This document shows positions 23,909 to 24,000 of a DNA stretch of 24,000 bases, one piece after another. Made by a program: the position numbers and the translations under genes. The DNA comes from Actinoplanes sp. NPDC023714 (GTDB lineage Bacteria > Actinomycetota > Actinomycetes > Mycobacteriales > Micromonosporaceae). The number at the start of each line of letters is the position of its first letter. The stretch's first letter is position 1. The stretch is from positions 1,287,026-1,311,025 of the forward strand of contig NZ_JBFAAR010000002.1 of NCBI RefSeq assembly GCF_040639855.1. Direction: 5' to 3'. Under the pieces are notes generated by a model. The model had not been told where the DNA came from and made no database searches. It was given only the letters and a program-made list of their open reading frames with translations.

Positions 23909-24000
23909 TCACACTTCGCGCGCTTCAGCGACGAGTGGGGAGCGCGACCGACCGCCGCCGGCGACCTCGGCGGCGCGGCCGAGCACGTCGTCGAGCATGG
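23909..24000 (-). CDS. 3' end of an unidentified gene that continues beyond the window
   Basis: A minus-strand frame is open from the window edge to TGA (complement of 23909-23911). It translates to ...MLDDVLGRAAEVAGGGRSRSPLVAEAREV* with GC-rich third positions. It is too short to identify. Confidence 0.3.
   Translation of the reverse strand, partial: MLDDVLGRAAEVAGGGRSRSPLVAEAREV

Overview
Gene-dense, very GC-rich DNA that looks like an actinobacterial chromosome. The organism is an inference. A methyl-accepting chemotaxis protein and a CheB-type methylesterase would fit a motile-spore actinomycete such as Actinoplanes, but this is not proven. I call about 25 protein-coding genes on both strands, all from reading the supplied translations and the sequence by eye; no searches were run. 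I recognised no rRNA, tRNA, CRISPR array, transposase or integrase. Left to right: (1) a 5'-truncated ABC-2 permease with two fused permease modules. (2) A tightly coupled plus-strand set: tandem-domain universal stress protein, DUF1918-like protein and receiver-less CheB-type methylesterase, followed by a secreted 7-bladed beta-propeller. (3) Housekeeping-type genes: DUF5655-like protein, esterase lipoprotein, PDZ-less Lon-like S16 protease, quinone oxidoreductase and Zn-alcohol dehydrogenase. (4) An orphan chemoreceptor lying 9 nt downstream of a decayed KAP-family P-loop NTPase relic. (5) A cytoplasmic GH13 enzyme with atypical conserved regions. (6) A minus-strand trio: YflT-like membrane protein, GNAT acetyltransferase and an uncharacterised 3-4 TM protein. 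(7) An SRPBCC protein. (8) A DUF6891-like multidomain protein divergent from a three-gene set of unknown protein, NADAR and APH-family kinase. (9) A less GC-rich patch with two orphan small proteins. (10) A large LuxR (LAL/MalT-like) regulator. I cannot demonstrate a complete, clearly novel multi-gene system. The candidates most worth follow-up are the USP/DUF1918/CheB-like/propeller cassette, the unknown/NADAR/kinase operon with its divergent neighbour, the KAP relic next to the chemoreceptor, and the LAL regulator with its Cys/His-rich small protein. Many long ORFs in the six-frame track are GC-driven shadow ORFs and were rejected.
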